Part shown: positions 36,692-45,011 of the stretch, in pieces
Layout: the number at the start of each line of letters is the position of its first letter
How positions within the stretch are numbered: the stretch's first letter is position 1
Source: Patescibacteria group bacterium
GTDB taxonomy: Bacteria > Patescibacteriota > Patescibacteriia > SG8-24 > DYFX01
DNA: 64,000 nt
Direction of reading: 5' to 3'
Assembly (NCBI GenBank): GCA_030583805.1
Contig: CP129476.1
Span: 117,453 to 181,452, forward strand
Position numbers and translations under genes: made by a program
Notes under the pieces: model-generated
Seen by the model: the letters and a program-made list of their open reading frames with translations, nothing else
The model's database searches: none
What the model was told of the DNA's origin: nothing

Positions 36692-37339
36692 ATGAAGAAA
36701 ATCGTTCTCGCGCTTTCCGCGCTCTTCCTTTCCCTTCCGTTGCTCGCGTTCGCGCATCAGCCGCGCTTGATCGAAACGGAAACGGTCGAGGTGGTCGACC
36801 CCGAGGTTTCCAAGGCTTACTACGCCAAGCTGACGGGCGAACCGCATCTGTACCGCATCCAGTCGGATGTCCCGTTCCGCTTGTACGCCAACGTGCTTAT
36901 CCCGGATCTTCCCGACGCGAAAAAAGACGTCACGGCAGCGGTCCTGAAAGCCGACGACGCCGAGCGCCCCATCGTGATTCTTGGCGGGCCGGACGCGGCG
37001 TGGAAGGCCTATCACGAGGAGTTCGGCGACGACGACTACTTGCAGTCGGACGAATTCCGCCAGGATCTTCCGGCCGGCAGCTACGAGGTACGCGTGTGGA
37101 GCTCGAACAACGACAGCGCGTACGTCCTCGCGATCGGCGACAAAGAAGAATTTCCGCCTGGCGAGATTTTGAACGCGCTTTCCGTCATGCCGCGCATTAA
37201 GGAGACGGTTTTCGGCAAGCCGTGGTACTCGGCCTATCTCACGCCGTTCGTGCTTCCGAAGCTCGCCATGACGGCGCTCGCGGTGCTCGCGGTCGTTGTC
37301 GTCGCGGCCGTGCTTATCCGTCGTCGGAAGCGCGTATGA
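36692..37339 (+). CDS. secreted protein with C-terminal membrane anchor (hypothetical)
   Basis: Signal peptide MKKIVLALSALFLSLPLLAFA. C-terminal TM + RRRKRV stop-transfer. Confidence 0.5.
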   Translation: MKKIVLALSALFLSLPLLAFAHQPRLIETETVEVVDPEVSKAYYAKLTGEPHLYRIQSDVPFRLYANVLIPDLPDAKKDVTAAVLKADDAERPIVILGGPDAAWKAYHEEFGDDDYLQSDEFRQDLPAGSYEVRVWSSNNDSAYVLAIGDKEEFPPGEILNALSVMPRIKETVFGKPWYSAYLTPFVLPKLAMTALAVLAVVVVAAVLIRRRKRV

Positions 37340-38028
37340 TCGTCATCCGCCGTGCGCACGAACGCGGAAGCTTCAAGAACCGCTGGCTGGACACCCGCTA
37401 TACCTTTTCGTTTGCCGATTATTTCGACGAAGCCTGGATGGGATTCAAGACGCTCCGCGTCATGAACGAAGACCGCGTCGCGCCGGGCAAGGGTTTCGAT
37501 CTGCACGGGCACCGCGACATGGAGATCCTGACCTACGTCATGCAAGGATCGCTCCGGCACACCGATACGATGGGAAACAACGAGGTGATCAACGCCGGAG
37601 AGTTCCAGCGCATGACGGCCGGAAGCGGCGTGCAGCACATGGAACTCAACGCTTCGCAAACGGAGGAGTGTCATCTCTATCAAATCTGGATTCTGCCGAA
37701 CGCGCACAACCTCACGCCGGGCTACGAACAAAAAAGTTTCGCTTCGAGCGACCGCTCCGGCGGAGGACGCGTCCTCGTCGCTTCGCCCGACGGCCGCGAA
37801 GGAAGCTTGACCATCCACCAAGACGCCGAAGTCTGGCTCCAGCGCCTGGCGAAAGGGGAGCAGGCAGAGGTTGCAGTACCCGAAGGAAAGGCGGTTTGGA
37901 TCCAGGTCGTCTCGGGCGAGGTTTCGATCGCCAAAGAAACGCTGGCGACCGGCGATGGTCTTGCGACGGACAGCGGCGCCACGCTCCAAGCGCATTCGGA
38001 CACGGAGTGCCTCGTGTTTTACCTGTAA
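37336..38028 (+). CDS. pirin-family protein (cupin)
   Basis: RYTFSFADYFD, HGHRDMEILTYV, MTAGSGVQHME pirin motifs. ATGA overlap with the upstream gene. Confidence 0.85.
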   Translation: MIVIRRAHERGSFKNRWLDTRYTFSFADYFDEAWMGFKTLRVMNEDRVAPGKGFDLHGHRDMEILTYVMQGSLRHTDTMGNNEVINAGEFQRMTAGSGVQHMELNASQTEECHLYQIWILPNAHNLTPGYEQKSFASSDRSGGGRVLVASPDGREGSLTIHQDAEVWLQRLAKGEQAEVAVPEGKAVWIQVVSGEVSIAKETLATGDGLATDSGATLQAHSDTECLVFYL

Positions 38029-38101
38029 TCCCGACCCTCTTGCGTGAAAAACAGGCCTTTTGCTAGGACCCCAGCATCGCTTTTATTCTTATCGCGATGC
38101 T

Positions 38102-38245
38102 ATGCAAGAGTCAGCTTCCGGTACGGCGGTTCAGGAAAAGGTCTGTCCGAAATGCGCGGGCAAGCTCGTCCAGCGCAAGAGCAAATTCGGCCCCTTCACC
38201 GGCTGTGGAAACTATCCGCAGTGCAAGCATATTGAGAGGAAATAG
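38102..38245 (+). CDS. stand-alone topoisomerase-type C4 zinc-ribbon protein
   Basis: CPKCAGKLVQRKSKFGPFTGCGNYPQCKH matches the zf-C4 Topoisom ribbon (CPxCG...G.F.GCSNYPxCK). Confidence 0.4.
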   Translation: MQESASGTAVQEKVCPKCAGKLVQRKSKFGPFTGCGNYPQCKHIERK

Positions 38246-38767
38246 AGCGGCAAAGACTCCCCGAAAGGGGAGTTTTGCGTTACCTGATGAAGTAGAAAGA
38301 TGCATCAGCGCAGCATCTCGGCATCCTGGCTGCAGTCGTACGGCAAGAGCGATGCGTGCGCCTCTTGTTCGTACGCCATTTCGGTCTCTTCGGACTGTTG
38401 CAGCGCATCGTCGAGCTCCGCCATGAGAGAGCGGTACCCGTCACCAAGCGCGTGCATGAGCTTGTGGAACATGTCTGCGTAGGTTACGAGGAGTGACGCC
38501 TCCTTGCCTTTCCGAAGACGCCCAGCCGCGCCGCTTCTTACAACCGCGGACCGTTTTGTTACCTTTCCCGCGGAAGCCCGTATACATCTGCATGAAACGC
38601 AACACCAAAATCCTCCTCCTCGCCGGCACGGCTGCCAAAAGCCTTGTGCTGGCGTTTACGATGCTGGTTTTTAAGTGAGCAAGAAGCCATTTAAAGCGCG
38701 TATGCTCACGGCTCTTGATTCGGCAGAGGATTGACTTTTAGCAAAATTTGTGCTAGCCTGGTCGGTT

Positions 38768-38983
38768 ATGTCCCGTTACCAGGCTTATCTTTTATCCCGT
38801 ATTTGGGGCGTCCGTCGCCACCATGTTTTGCGGCGCGCGAAATATCGCTGTGAGAAATGCGGAAGCGCGAATCCGCTGCACGTGCACCATAAGACGTACG
38901 AGAATATCGGAAACGAGCCGCTAAAAGACCTTATCGCTCTGTGTGTTGGGTGCCATTCACAGGCGCACGGTTTGCCCGTATAA
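38768..38983 (+). CDS. HNH endonuclease (small, stand-alone)
   Basis: CEKCGS...LHVHHKTYENIGNEPLKDLIALCVGCHSQAH HNH motif. Confidence 0.6.
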   Translation: MSRYQAYLLSRIWGVRRHHVLRRAKYRCEKCGSANPLHVHHKTYENIGNEPLKDLIALCVGCHSQAHGLPV

Positions 38984-39101
38984 TTGAAATACAACTGAAT
39001 AGTTATCCAGAGTACGGTGAGGGATATCGGCCCTACGACCCGTCGGCAACCAGGCTTCGGTCACGGTGCCTCCGACCCGAAAGGGGAAGATAATTCTTGA
39101 A

Positions 39102-39140
39102 TGGACTCTTCCTTGCAGGGGAGAGTTTTTCTCTTTATTA
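39102..39140 (+). terminator. possible rho-independent terminator downstream of HNH gene
   Basis: 8-bp stem ACTCTTCC/GGGGAGAGT (one G-U) followed by TTTTTCTCTTT. Confidence 0.3.
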
Positions 39141-39212
39141 GACGCACAAGAGTCGATATTTATTATGAAATTGACCGGTAAACACGTAATGCGAGTACCG
39201 TGGATAACTCTT

Positions 39213-39244
39213 GTTAAGTTTTGTTATGTCTACTGGTATAATCA
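39213..39244 (+). promoter_or_regulatory. putative promoter of R-M operon with extended -10 (TGgTATAAT)
   Basis: Perfect TATAAT preceded by TGG, 25 nt upstream of the MTase ATG. TTGTTA -35-like hexamers upstream. Confidence 0.35.
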
Positions 39245-39268
39245 GCCTAAAGATTAGGTAAATCTAGC

Positions 39269-40504
39269 ATGAGATTGATCACATTAAGAGAGGCCTCAGA
39301 AATTTTGGGCATGCATCCTAATACGCTTCGGAATTGGGAAAGATCCGGCAGGATTAAGTGCGTAAGGATCGGCGCTCGTGGCGACAGGCGCTTTGATTAC
39401 GACTCACTATTGGAAGTCGTGGGAAACGACCAAAGCTTTAAAAAAAAATATACATTGGTTGATCTTTTTTGCGGATGTGGTGGGCTCTCAAAGGGGTTTG
39501 AAATGACCGGATCGTTTAAAACCATTTTTGGTATTGATAACTGGAAGCCAGCATTGGAAACTTTTGAATTAAACCACCCTGAGGCGAGAGGGGTACAGTG
39601 GTCACTGGAGAAAAGAAATATAGATGCCCTAATTAAAGAGTTGGGTGAGTTTGATGTGGATGTCGTTGTGGGCGGACCACCATGCCAGGGATTCTCATTG
39701 GCAGGGCCTCGAAATTTCAACGACACAAGGAATTCTTTGTACCTCGGTTTCCTAAGGTTTGTTAAACAGACATCTCCCCGAGCTTTCGTTATTGAGAATG
39801 TTCCGGGCCTAGCCTCGCTTTACGGAGGCGTTGTAAAAGACCGGATCATTAAGGAATTCACAAAACTCGGGTACAACGTGATCTCTAAGGTTTTGCTAGC
39901 TTCGGACTATGGAGTCCCACAAAACCGCAGAAGGCTTGTATTCGTTGGAGTAAAGGGTGGAACTTTTAGTTTTCCCAAACCTACGCATGGTGAAAATTTA
40001 AAGCAGAAAATTACAGTGAATGACGCCGTTTCCGATTTGCCGTCATTAAGGAGTGAGTTGGGACAGGAGGTAATGCCTTACGGACAAAGAGTTAAGAATG
40101 AATTCCAAGAGTATTGCAGAAGAAATAGTGATCGGCTACATAATCATGTGGCCGCAAATCACGACGATGCTACCAGAAGAATAATCGCACTTGTTCCCGA
40201 AGGCAAAAATTATAAGTCTTTACCCGAAGTTCTAAGAGGCACGCGCAATTTTCATGTGGCGTGGACGAGGTTCGATGGTAGGTGCCCAGCTCCCACCATC
40301 GATACGGGCCACCGCCATCACTTCCACCACAAGGAAAACAGGGTGCCCACAGTCAGGGAATCAGCACGACTGCAGTCGTTTCCAGATGATTTCATCTTCC
40401 TTTCTTCCAAGACAAATCAATACAAACAGGTTGGAAATGCAGTTCCCCCGCTTTTAGCAAAGCAGATCGCGCTGTCTTTACTGGATTCATTTGATAAAAA
40501 ATGA
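39269..40504 (+). CDS. DNA (cytosine-5)-methyltransferase with N-terminal MerR/excisionase-type HTH domain
   Basis: HTH_17-like N-terminus (MRLITLREASEILGMHPNTLRNWERSGRIKCVRIG). m5C-MTase motifs I DLFCGCGG, IV GGPPCQGFS, ENV, QNRRR, RESARLQSFPDDF, GNAVPP. Confidence 0.9.
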   Translation: MRLITLREASEILGMHPNTLRNWERSGRIKCVRIGARGDRRFDYDSLLEVVGNDQSFKKKYTLVDLFCGCGGLSKGFEMTGSFKTIFGIDNWKPALETFELNHPEARGVQWSLEKRNIDALIKELGEFDVDVVVGGPPCQGFSLAGPRNFNDTRNSLYLGFLRFVKQTSPRAFVIENVPGLASLYGGVVKDRIIKEFTKLGYNVISKVLLASDYGVPQNRRRLVFVGVKGGTFSFPKPTHGENLKQKITVNDAVSDLPSLRSELGQEVMPYGQRVKNEFQEYCRRNSDRLHNHVAANHDDATRRIIALVPEGKNYKSLPEVLRGTRNFHVAWTRFDGRCPAPTIDTGHRHHFHHKENRVPTVRESARLQSFPDDFIFLSSKTNQYKQVGNAVPPLLAKQIALSLLDSFDKK

Positions 40505-40505
40505 C

Positions 40506-41936
40506 ATGAAAAAGATATACAGAGTTCCCGATGAGTATAATTTTCGACTGCACCACATCCGCCCCAGATTCAAAAATGACGTCGAGAACGTCTTGTTTTT
40601 CATGGCTTCTGAAATATCAAAAATTACTCCTGCGCCGGAGGAGGATTTTGCTAGAGAGTTGAACAAGGCTATCAGGCGCTACCCAGGCAATGCCTCCAAA
40701 GCCGAAAAAACAATTGATAATTGGCGGACCGAAATAACGGCTCTCTTTGGATTGATTGAATATGATGGTGAGATCGCAAGGCCCGGGCGAATGGCGAATT
40801 TACTGGCAGAATCTCAGGATTTGATCGAGTTTTTTCGCTATTTCCTATTTTACTTCCAATATCCTGGCGGCCATCTGAAACCCCACGAATCCTTGGAGTT
40901 TATCGAGGCTGGCGTACGTTTTAAACCGGCCAAGTATTTGTTGCAGGTGCTTTTAGATGGGAAAAAGATTTTGGGTGAAAACGCGAAGTTTGGCATAACA
41001 AAAGCCGAGGCTACTCACTGTATTTTTAACGACTTGCGAGTGACGCGTGATGGCCGTCCAGCAAACAAGACTGCCGAGTTGATTATTAGCAATAGAAACG
41101 ATAAGGCCGAATACCCTCAGGGAGGGGATATCGTTCGTTATGCCGGGGACATACTTGACTATATGGTGTTGGCGGATCTCGTTAGACTGAGACCGAACTA
41201 CAAATACTATTTGAATCCAGTGCATTTCGAGACCATACAGGCCTTTGTTGGAAATAATGACTATTTTGAACCATACGAGAGCTTGTATAAGCACGGACAT
41301 CCCTTGTTAGCCAATGTAACGGCATCCAAGGAAGATTGGTTTCATTATGTGAACAACAAACTTGATTCAAGTATATTTGAGGCGGACGCTTTTTCTATCA
41401 TTGAAGAGGCTGGTGAGACAGTTGACAGTGAAAAGGAAAGTTTCTTTATTGGCGAGGTCTTAAAAAAAATCCGGGATCTCAAAGAGTCGGAATCTATTAA
41501 CACCAAGGAGGTTGGAGATGTGGGCGAGGCCATCGTTATCGAACATGAAAAAAATAGAATGATGCGATTGGATCGCGAAAGCCTGCTGCACCTGATTAAA
41601 AAAATTCCAGAATCTTACGCGATGGGTTATGATATAAATTCATTTGAAGGCATCGGAGAAATACGAAGATACATTGAAGTCAAGACGAGTATAAGTCGAG
41701 GAAAACTTGCCGCGCAGTTTTTCCATATGACTCCCAGTGAATGGAGTTCTGCAGAGACGCTTAAGGATACCTACTTTGTGTACCGCTTAATGATCTCGGC
41801 GCAGGGCATCAGCCTTTTTCTAATACAGGATCCAGTTGGAAAATATAAGAGCGACCGCCTGAGCATGGCTCCTCGCGACGGTGCCGACATTCACTACACT
41901 GAGAGATCGGGCAACTGGGAAGAGCTTCTTGTATGA
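40506..41936 (+). CDS. candidate restriction endonuclease: novel N-terminal domain + C-terminal DUF3883 (PD-(D/E)xK-like) domain
   Basis: C-terminal about 150 aa fits the DUF3883 pattern (GDVGEAIVIEHEKNRM...GYDINSFEGIGEIRRYIEVKTS...FFHMTPSEWSSAE...TYFVYRL). Sandwiched between two m5C MTases with ATGA coupling to the downstream gene. Confidence 0.6.
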   Translation: MKKIYRVPDEYNFRLHHIRPRFKNDVENVLFFMASEISKITPAPEEDFARELNKAIRRYPGNASKAEKTIDNWRTEITALFGLIEYDGEIARPGRMANLLAESQDLIEFFRYFLFYFQYPGGHLKPHESLEFIEAGVRFKPAKYLLQVLLDGKKILGENAKFGITKAEATHCIFNDLRVTRDGRPANKTAELIISNRNDKAEYPQGGDIVRYAGDILDYMVLADLVRLRPNYKYYLNPVHFETIQAFVGNNDYFEPYESLYKHGHPLLANVTASKEDWFHYVNNKLDSSIFEADAFSIIEEAGETVDSEKESFFIGEVLKKIRDLKESESINTKEVGDVGEAIVIEHEKNRMMRLDRESLLHLIKKIPESYAMGYDINSFEGIGEIRRYIEVKTSISRGKLAAQFFHMTPSEWSSAETLKDTYFVYRLMISAQGISLFLIQDPVGKYKSDRLSMAPRDGADIHYTERSGNWEELLV

Positions 41937-42922
41937 GAGTGCGAAAAATTAAAATAGCTTCATTTTTTAGTGGATGCGGCGGTATGGATCTCGGTGTCGA
42001 GGGCGGCTTTTCTTTCCTGGAAAAAAAGTATCCTAGACATCCCACACAGACTGTTTTTGCGACTGATTATGATCAGAAAATTTCTGAAATATACAATCAG
42101 AATTTTCTCACCGATATTGTTGTGAAAGATATTAGAAATCTGGACGCTGAAGAAGTGCCAGACCACGATGTTCTTACAGGAGGGTTTCCATGCCAATCTT
42201 TTTCAGTTGTCGCGCAGAATCCGAAACGGCTCGGCTATAAGGATGTTAGAGGGCAACTGTTTTTCGAAATGTGCAGAATTCTGAGAGAGAAGAAGCCCTC
42301 GGTGTTCGTTGGAGAAAATGTAAAGGGCCTTTTGTCGGCGAATGGCGGAGAGGCGTTCCCTCTTGTGATCAAAGAGTTTGAGAATGCCGGTTACCATGTT
42401 AAGCACAAGGTTTTAAATGCGTCCCACTACGGGGTGCCCCAAAAGAGGGAAAGGGTATTTATTGTCGGTTTTCGAAGTAAAAAGGCTTTTGATTCTTTTA
42501 ACTTTCCTAAACCAACGACGGAGAACGGGCCCGTTCCGATTTCTTCCGTTGTCATCCCGGAAAACGAAGTAGAAAAAGTACACTACTTTAGCAAGAAAGC
42601 GATTCAAGGCCTGAGCCGTTCAAAAAATCATAAGCTGATGAATAAGGGCAGGGCCCAAAGATTGGACCAGCCTTGCAACACGGTTGGAGCACATCTGGCT
42701 AAAGTGAGTTTGAATAGCACGGATCCGGTACTCTGTTTAAAAGGAAAGTACCGGATGTTTACGCCACGCGAGGTTGCTCGAATCCAATCCTTTCCCGATA
42801 ATTTTGTGCTTTCCGGGTCGAGAACTGTTAACTATAAGGCGCTGGGTAACGCGGTTGCGCCGGTGGTGATGTGGCATGTGACAAGAGAAATCGTTAAGGC
42901 GCTCGGCGAGTACGGCAAGTAA
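41933..42922 (+). CDS. DNA (cytosine-5)-methyltransferase (second MTase of operon)
   Basis: Motifs FFSGCGG, GGFPCQSFS, ENV, QKRERVF, REVARIQSFPDNF, GNAVAPVV. Confidence 0.9.
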   Translation: MRVRKIKIASFFSGCGGMDLGVEGGFSFLEKKYPRHPTQTVFATDYDQKISEIYNQNFLTDIVVKDIRNLDAEEVPDHDVLTGGFPCQSFSVVAQNPKRLGYKDVRGQLFFEMCRILREKKPSVFVGENVKGLLSANGGEAFPLVIKEFENAGYHVKHKVLNASHYGVPQKRERVFIVGFRSKKAFDSFNFPKPTTENGPVPISSVVIPENEVEKVHYFSKKAIQGLSRSKNHKLMNKGRAQRLDQPCNTVGAHLAKVSLNSTDPVLCLKGKYRMFTPREVARIQSFPDNFVLSGSRTVNYKALGNAVAPVVMWHVTREIVKALGEYGK

Positions 42923-42923
42923 T

Positions 42924-43337
42924 ATGGCCGACATGTTCAGCAAGAAAAGACGGAGTGAAATAATGTCGAAAATTCGCTCAAAAAATACGGGCGCAGAACG
43001 TTTAGTGTTCAGGCATCTTCGTGCAAAAGGGTTGCACTTTCAAAAGCATTATAAAGGCGCTCCAGGCAGCCCTGATATCGCCTTGCCGAAGAAAAAGCTT
43101 GCGGTTTTTATCGACGGGGACTTTTGGCACGGAAGGCATCTGAACCGCCTCTTGGTAAAAGGTACAAAGAACTATTGGGTAATGAAAATCACGACCAACA
43201 TAAAACGGGATCGTCGCCAAAGAGCAGCATTAAAAAAAGGTGGTTGGAAGATCTTAAAGGTTTGGGAAAGCGACCTTAAACGTGTAAGTACAAGGTACGA
43301 CCAGCTATTAAAAGTTGAAAAGTTCATTAAAAACTAA
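42924..43337 (+). CDS. vsr: very-short-patch-repair endonuclease
   Basis: RSEIMSKIRSKNTGAE...PGSPDIALPKKKLAVFIDGDFWHG...GWKILKVWE Vsr signature. Starts 1 nt after the MTase stop. Confidence 0.85.
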   Translation: MADMFSKKRRSEIMSKIRSKNTGAERLVFRHLRAKGLHFQKHYKGAPGSPDIALPKKKLAVFIDGDFWHGRHLNRLLVKGTKNYWVMKITTNIKRDRRQRAALKKGGWKILKVWESDLKRVSTRYDQLLKVEKFIKN

Positions 43338-43339
43338 AA

Positions 43340-43362
43340 ACCCCTTGTGGGGTTTTTAAGTC
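43340..43362 (+). terminator. rho-independent terminator after vsr
   Basis: AAACCCCTTGTGGGGTTTTT: perfect 7-bp GC-rich stem + T-run. Confidence 0.6.
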
Positions 43363-43366
43363 ATCC

Positions 43367-43497
43367 GACGGTAATCTCCCCATCCTTCACCCCCACCTTC
43401 ACCGTCGACTCCTCTTTGACGGTACCTTCCAAGATTTGTAGCGCCAGCTTGTTGAGGATCACGTCCTGAATCAGCCTCTTGAGCGGGCGGTCGCTTT
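43367..43497. repeat. displaced copy of the clpB 3' end (direct repeat partner of 44881-45011)
   Basis: About 131 bp near-identical to the clpB 3' coding end. It contains an in-frame stop and synonymous substitutions (e.g. GTC/ACC vs GTG/ACG for the V and T of ...GEITVG*). Confidence 0.7.
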
Positions 43498-43568
43498 AAA
43501 TTCAGTCTCTTGACATCGAAACACTACTTCCTCCATTATGCGCAGGTCCTTAACACAAGGAGGGACAT

Positions 43569-44528
43569 GTGAAGAGCAAGTTCATGATGTTGGCTGTGTT
43601 GTGCGCGGTTTGCTCCTGTCGGGCTGATCTCGACTCCACCCCTCAAACCTCGGCGACGAAGATCGTCTTTGAGGATCCGCCGGCGTTGGAGGTGCTGATG
43701 GCCTTCATGGGAGATGCGGGGGTGAGACCGGCAGAGTTCACTTTCAGGGTCGGAGAGAGCATGCGGGGCGGGTTCCGGTTCAATGCGGACGAGTCGCTGG
43801 ATGCTGGCTTGCAGAGGTTCCGGCGGCTGCATGCTGAATTCCTCGCGGCGGCAATTGCCGATGCGGAGACTCACGCCGAGGATCGTTCCGACCGCTGGCG
43901 CAACTTCGTGGTGTTTCTCGAGGATTCCAACGCCTCTCCACAGGTGTGGATCGAGGAAACAGTCATGGGAACACGTGAGGACGCACTTGTTGTCCAGGAT
44001 CTCTTCGGAGGAATCGCGACGGAGAACCCGTCAGTCGACGAGGAAGTCGTGCCGGACAGGATTGTCTACTCGACCTCGCATGAATCCTGGGCTCCATATG
44101 GTGGAACCGCGAAGCTTACGCAGGGTGTTTCGTATCACACCTTCTACTTCAACAACCTGTCTGCCTACGGCAGCACGTCGACGTACGAGCACGAAGCGCA
44201 GGTTTACAATCGTGCCTACGCCGACTACGCGGGGTATTGGAGCAGTAACCTGCCCTACGCGTACTACGACACTCCGTTTTCGGACTCGATCGACGTCTTT
44301 ACGGTTGGTTCTGCCCAAGCTGCTTCCATGGCGACCTACACGCAGTACTATACGTACATGGCGCTGAGTCCTGGTCTGGCGACGAGCGCGACGGTTCGGG
44401 TCAAAGGCCAGCTTGGTCATCGCTCGCCGAGCTGGTGCTACTCGACCTGGTGCATCTTCGCTGACGCGACAACCGGCTCCATGACGACGTTCCTGGCACC
44501 AGTAGAAGGGATCAGTTGGTCTTACTAG
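43569..44528 (+). CDS. secreted Tyr/Ser/Thr-rich lipoprotein-like protein (hypothetical)
   Basis: GTG start with AAGGAGGG RBS (4-nt spacer). Signal peptide MKSKFMMLAVLCAVCSC. Tyr-rich C-terminal half. Confidence 0.5.
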   Translation: MKSKFMMLAVLCAVCSCRADLDSTPQTSATKIVFEDPPALEVLMAFMGDAGVRPAEFTFRVGESMRGGFRFNADESLDAGLQRFRRLHAEFLAAAIADAETHAEDRSDRWRNFVVFLEDSNASPQVWIEETVMGTREDALVVQDLFGGIATENPSVDEEVVPDRIVYSTSHESWAPYGGTAKLTQGVSYHTFYFNNLSAYGSTSTYEHEAQVYNRAYADYAGYWSSNLPYAYYDTPFSDSIDVFTVGSAQAASMATYTQYYTYMALSPGLATSATVRVKGQLGHRSPSWCYSTWCIFADATTGSMTTFLAPVEGISWSY

Positions 44529-44836
44529 ACCTTCGGCGCATTCTTCTTTGAGCGCGCCTCTTTTATTTTCGAAATCACAACCATGACTGCGCTCAGCAGG
44601 AGAGTATTCAACAGAAACGATACCCAGTTGAAACGAGTCGGGTGCTCGCGCACGTCCTCAAGCGGAACTGACTGCTGTTCTGAGTAATCGATGCTTTTTT
44701 CCTGCACTACAAAGGACAGAGGCAGGCCGTACTGATAAACGTTGCTCTTTTCTGAAGAAGCTCTTCGCGGCAAGAAGGCGGTTAGACCGGTAACAAGTAC
44801 CGCAGCAGCAATGATGTAGATGTAAGTTTTCTTCAT
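44525..44836 (-). CDS. small membrane protein (N- and C-terminal TM), hypothetical
   Basis: 103-aa ORF, AT-richer than the background. Overlaps the convergent gene's stop. Confidence 0.45.
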   Translation of the reverse strand: MKKTYIYIIAAAVLVTGLTAFLPRRASSEKSNVYQYGLPLSFVVQEKSIDYSEQQSVPLEDVREHPTRFNWVSFLLNTLLLSAVMVVISKIKEARSKKNAPKV

Positions 44837-44880
44837 ACCAATATCCTAACTCGAGAGGTTTCGTATTTCAAGATCGTGCA

Positions 44881-45011
44881 GGTTCATCCCACCGTAATCT
44901 CCCCATCCTTCACCCCCACCTTCACCGTCGACTCTTCTTTGACGGTACCTTCCAAGATTTGCAGCGCCAGTTTGTTGAGAATCACGTCCTGAATCAGCCT
45001 CTTGAGCGGGC
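44881..45011. repeat. clpB 3' end segment (direct repeat partner of 43367-43497)
   Basis: Forms the genuine C-terminal coding end of clpB. Similarity to the upstream copy ends at ...GAGCGGGCGG. Confidence 0.7.

Larger units (their letters stand above)
38700..44880. mobile_element. AT-richer genomic island inserted adjacent to the 3' end of clpB (HNH nuclease, R-M operon, Vsr, duplicated clpB 3' end, two small cargo genes); no integrase seen
   Basis: GC content drops visibly against flanks. Contains defence genes. 133-bp direct repeat at 43367-43497 / 44881-45011. Left boundary approximate. Confidence 0.5.

Noticed and set aside
38305-38472. 55-aa acidic minus-strand ORF near the island boundary
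   Set aside because: Below any confidence threshold. The nearest SD-like AAGGAGG is about 22 nt from the ATG. No family.
38700-44880. Search for an integrase, recombinase or transposase in the island
   Set aside because: None of the ORFs on either strand shows tyrosine or serine recombinase or DDE motifs. The island is therefore called a remnant rather than an active element.
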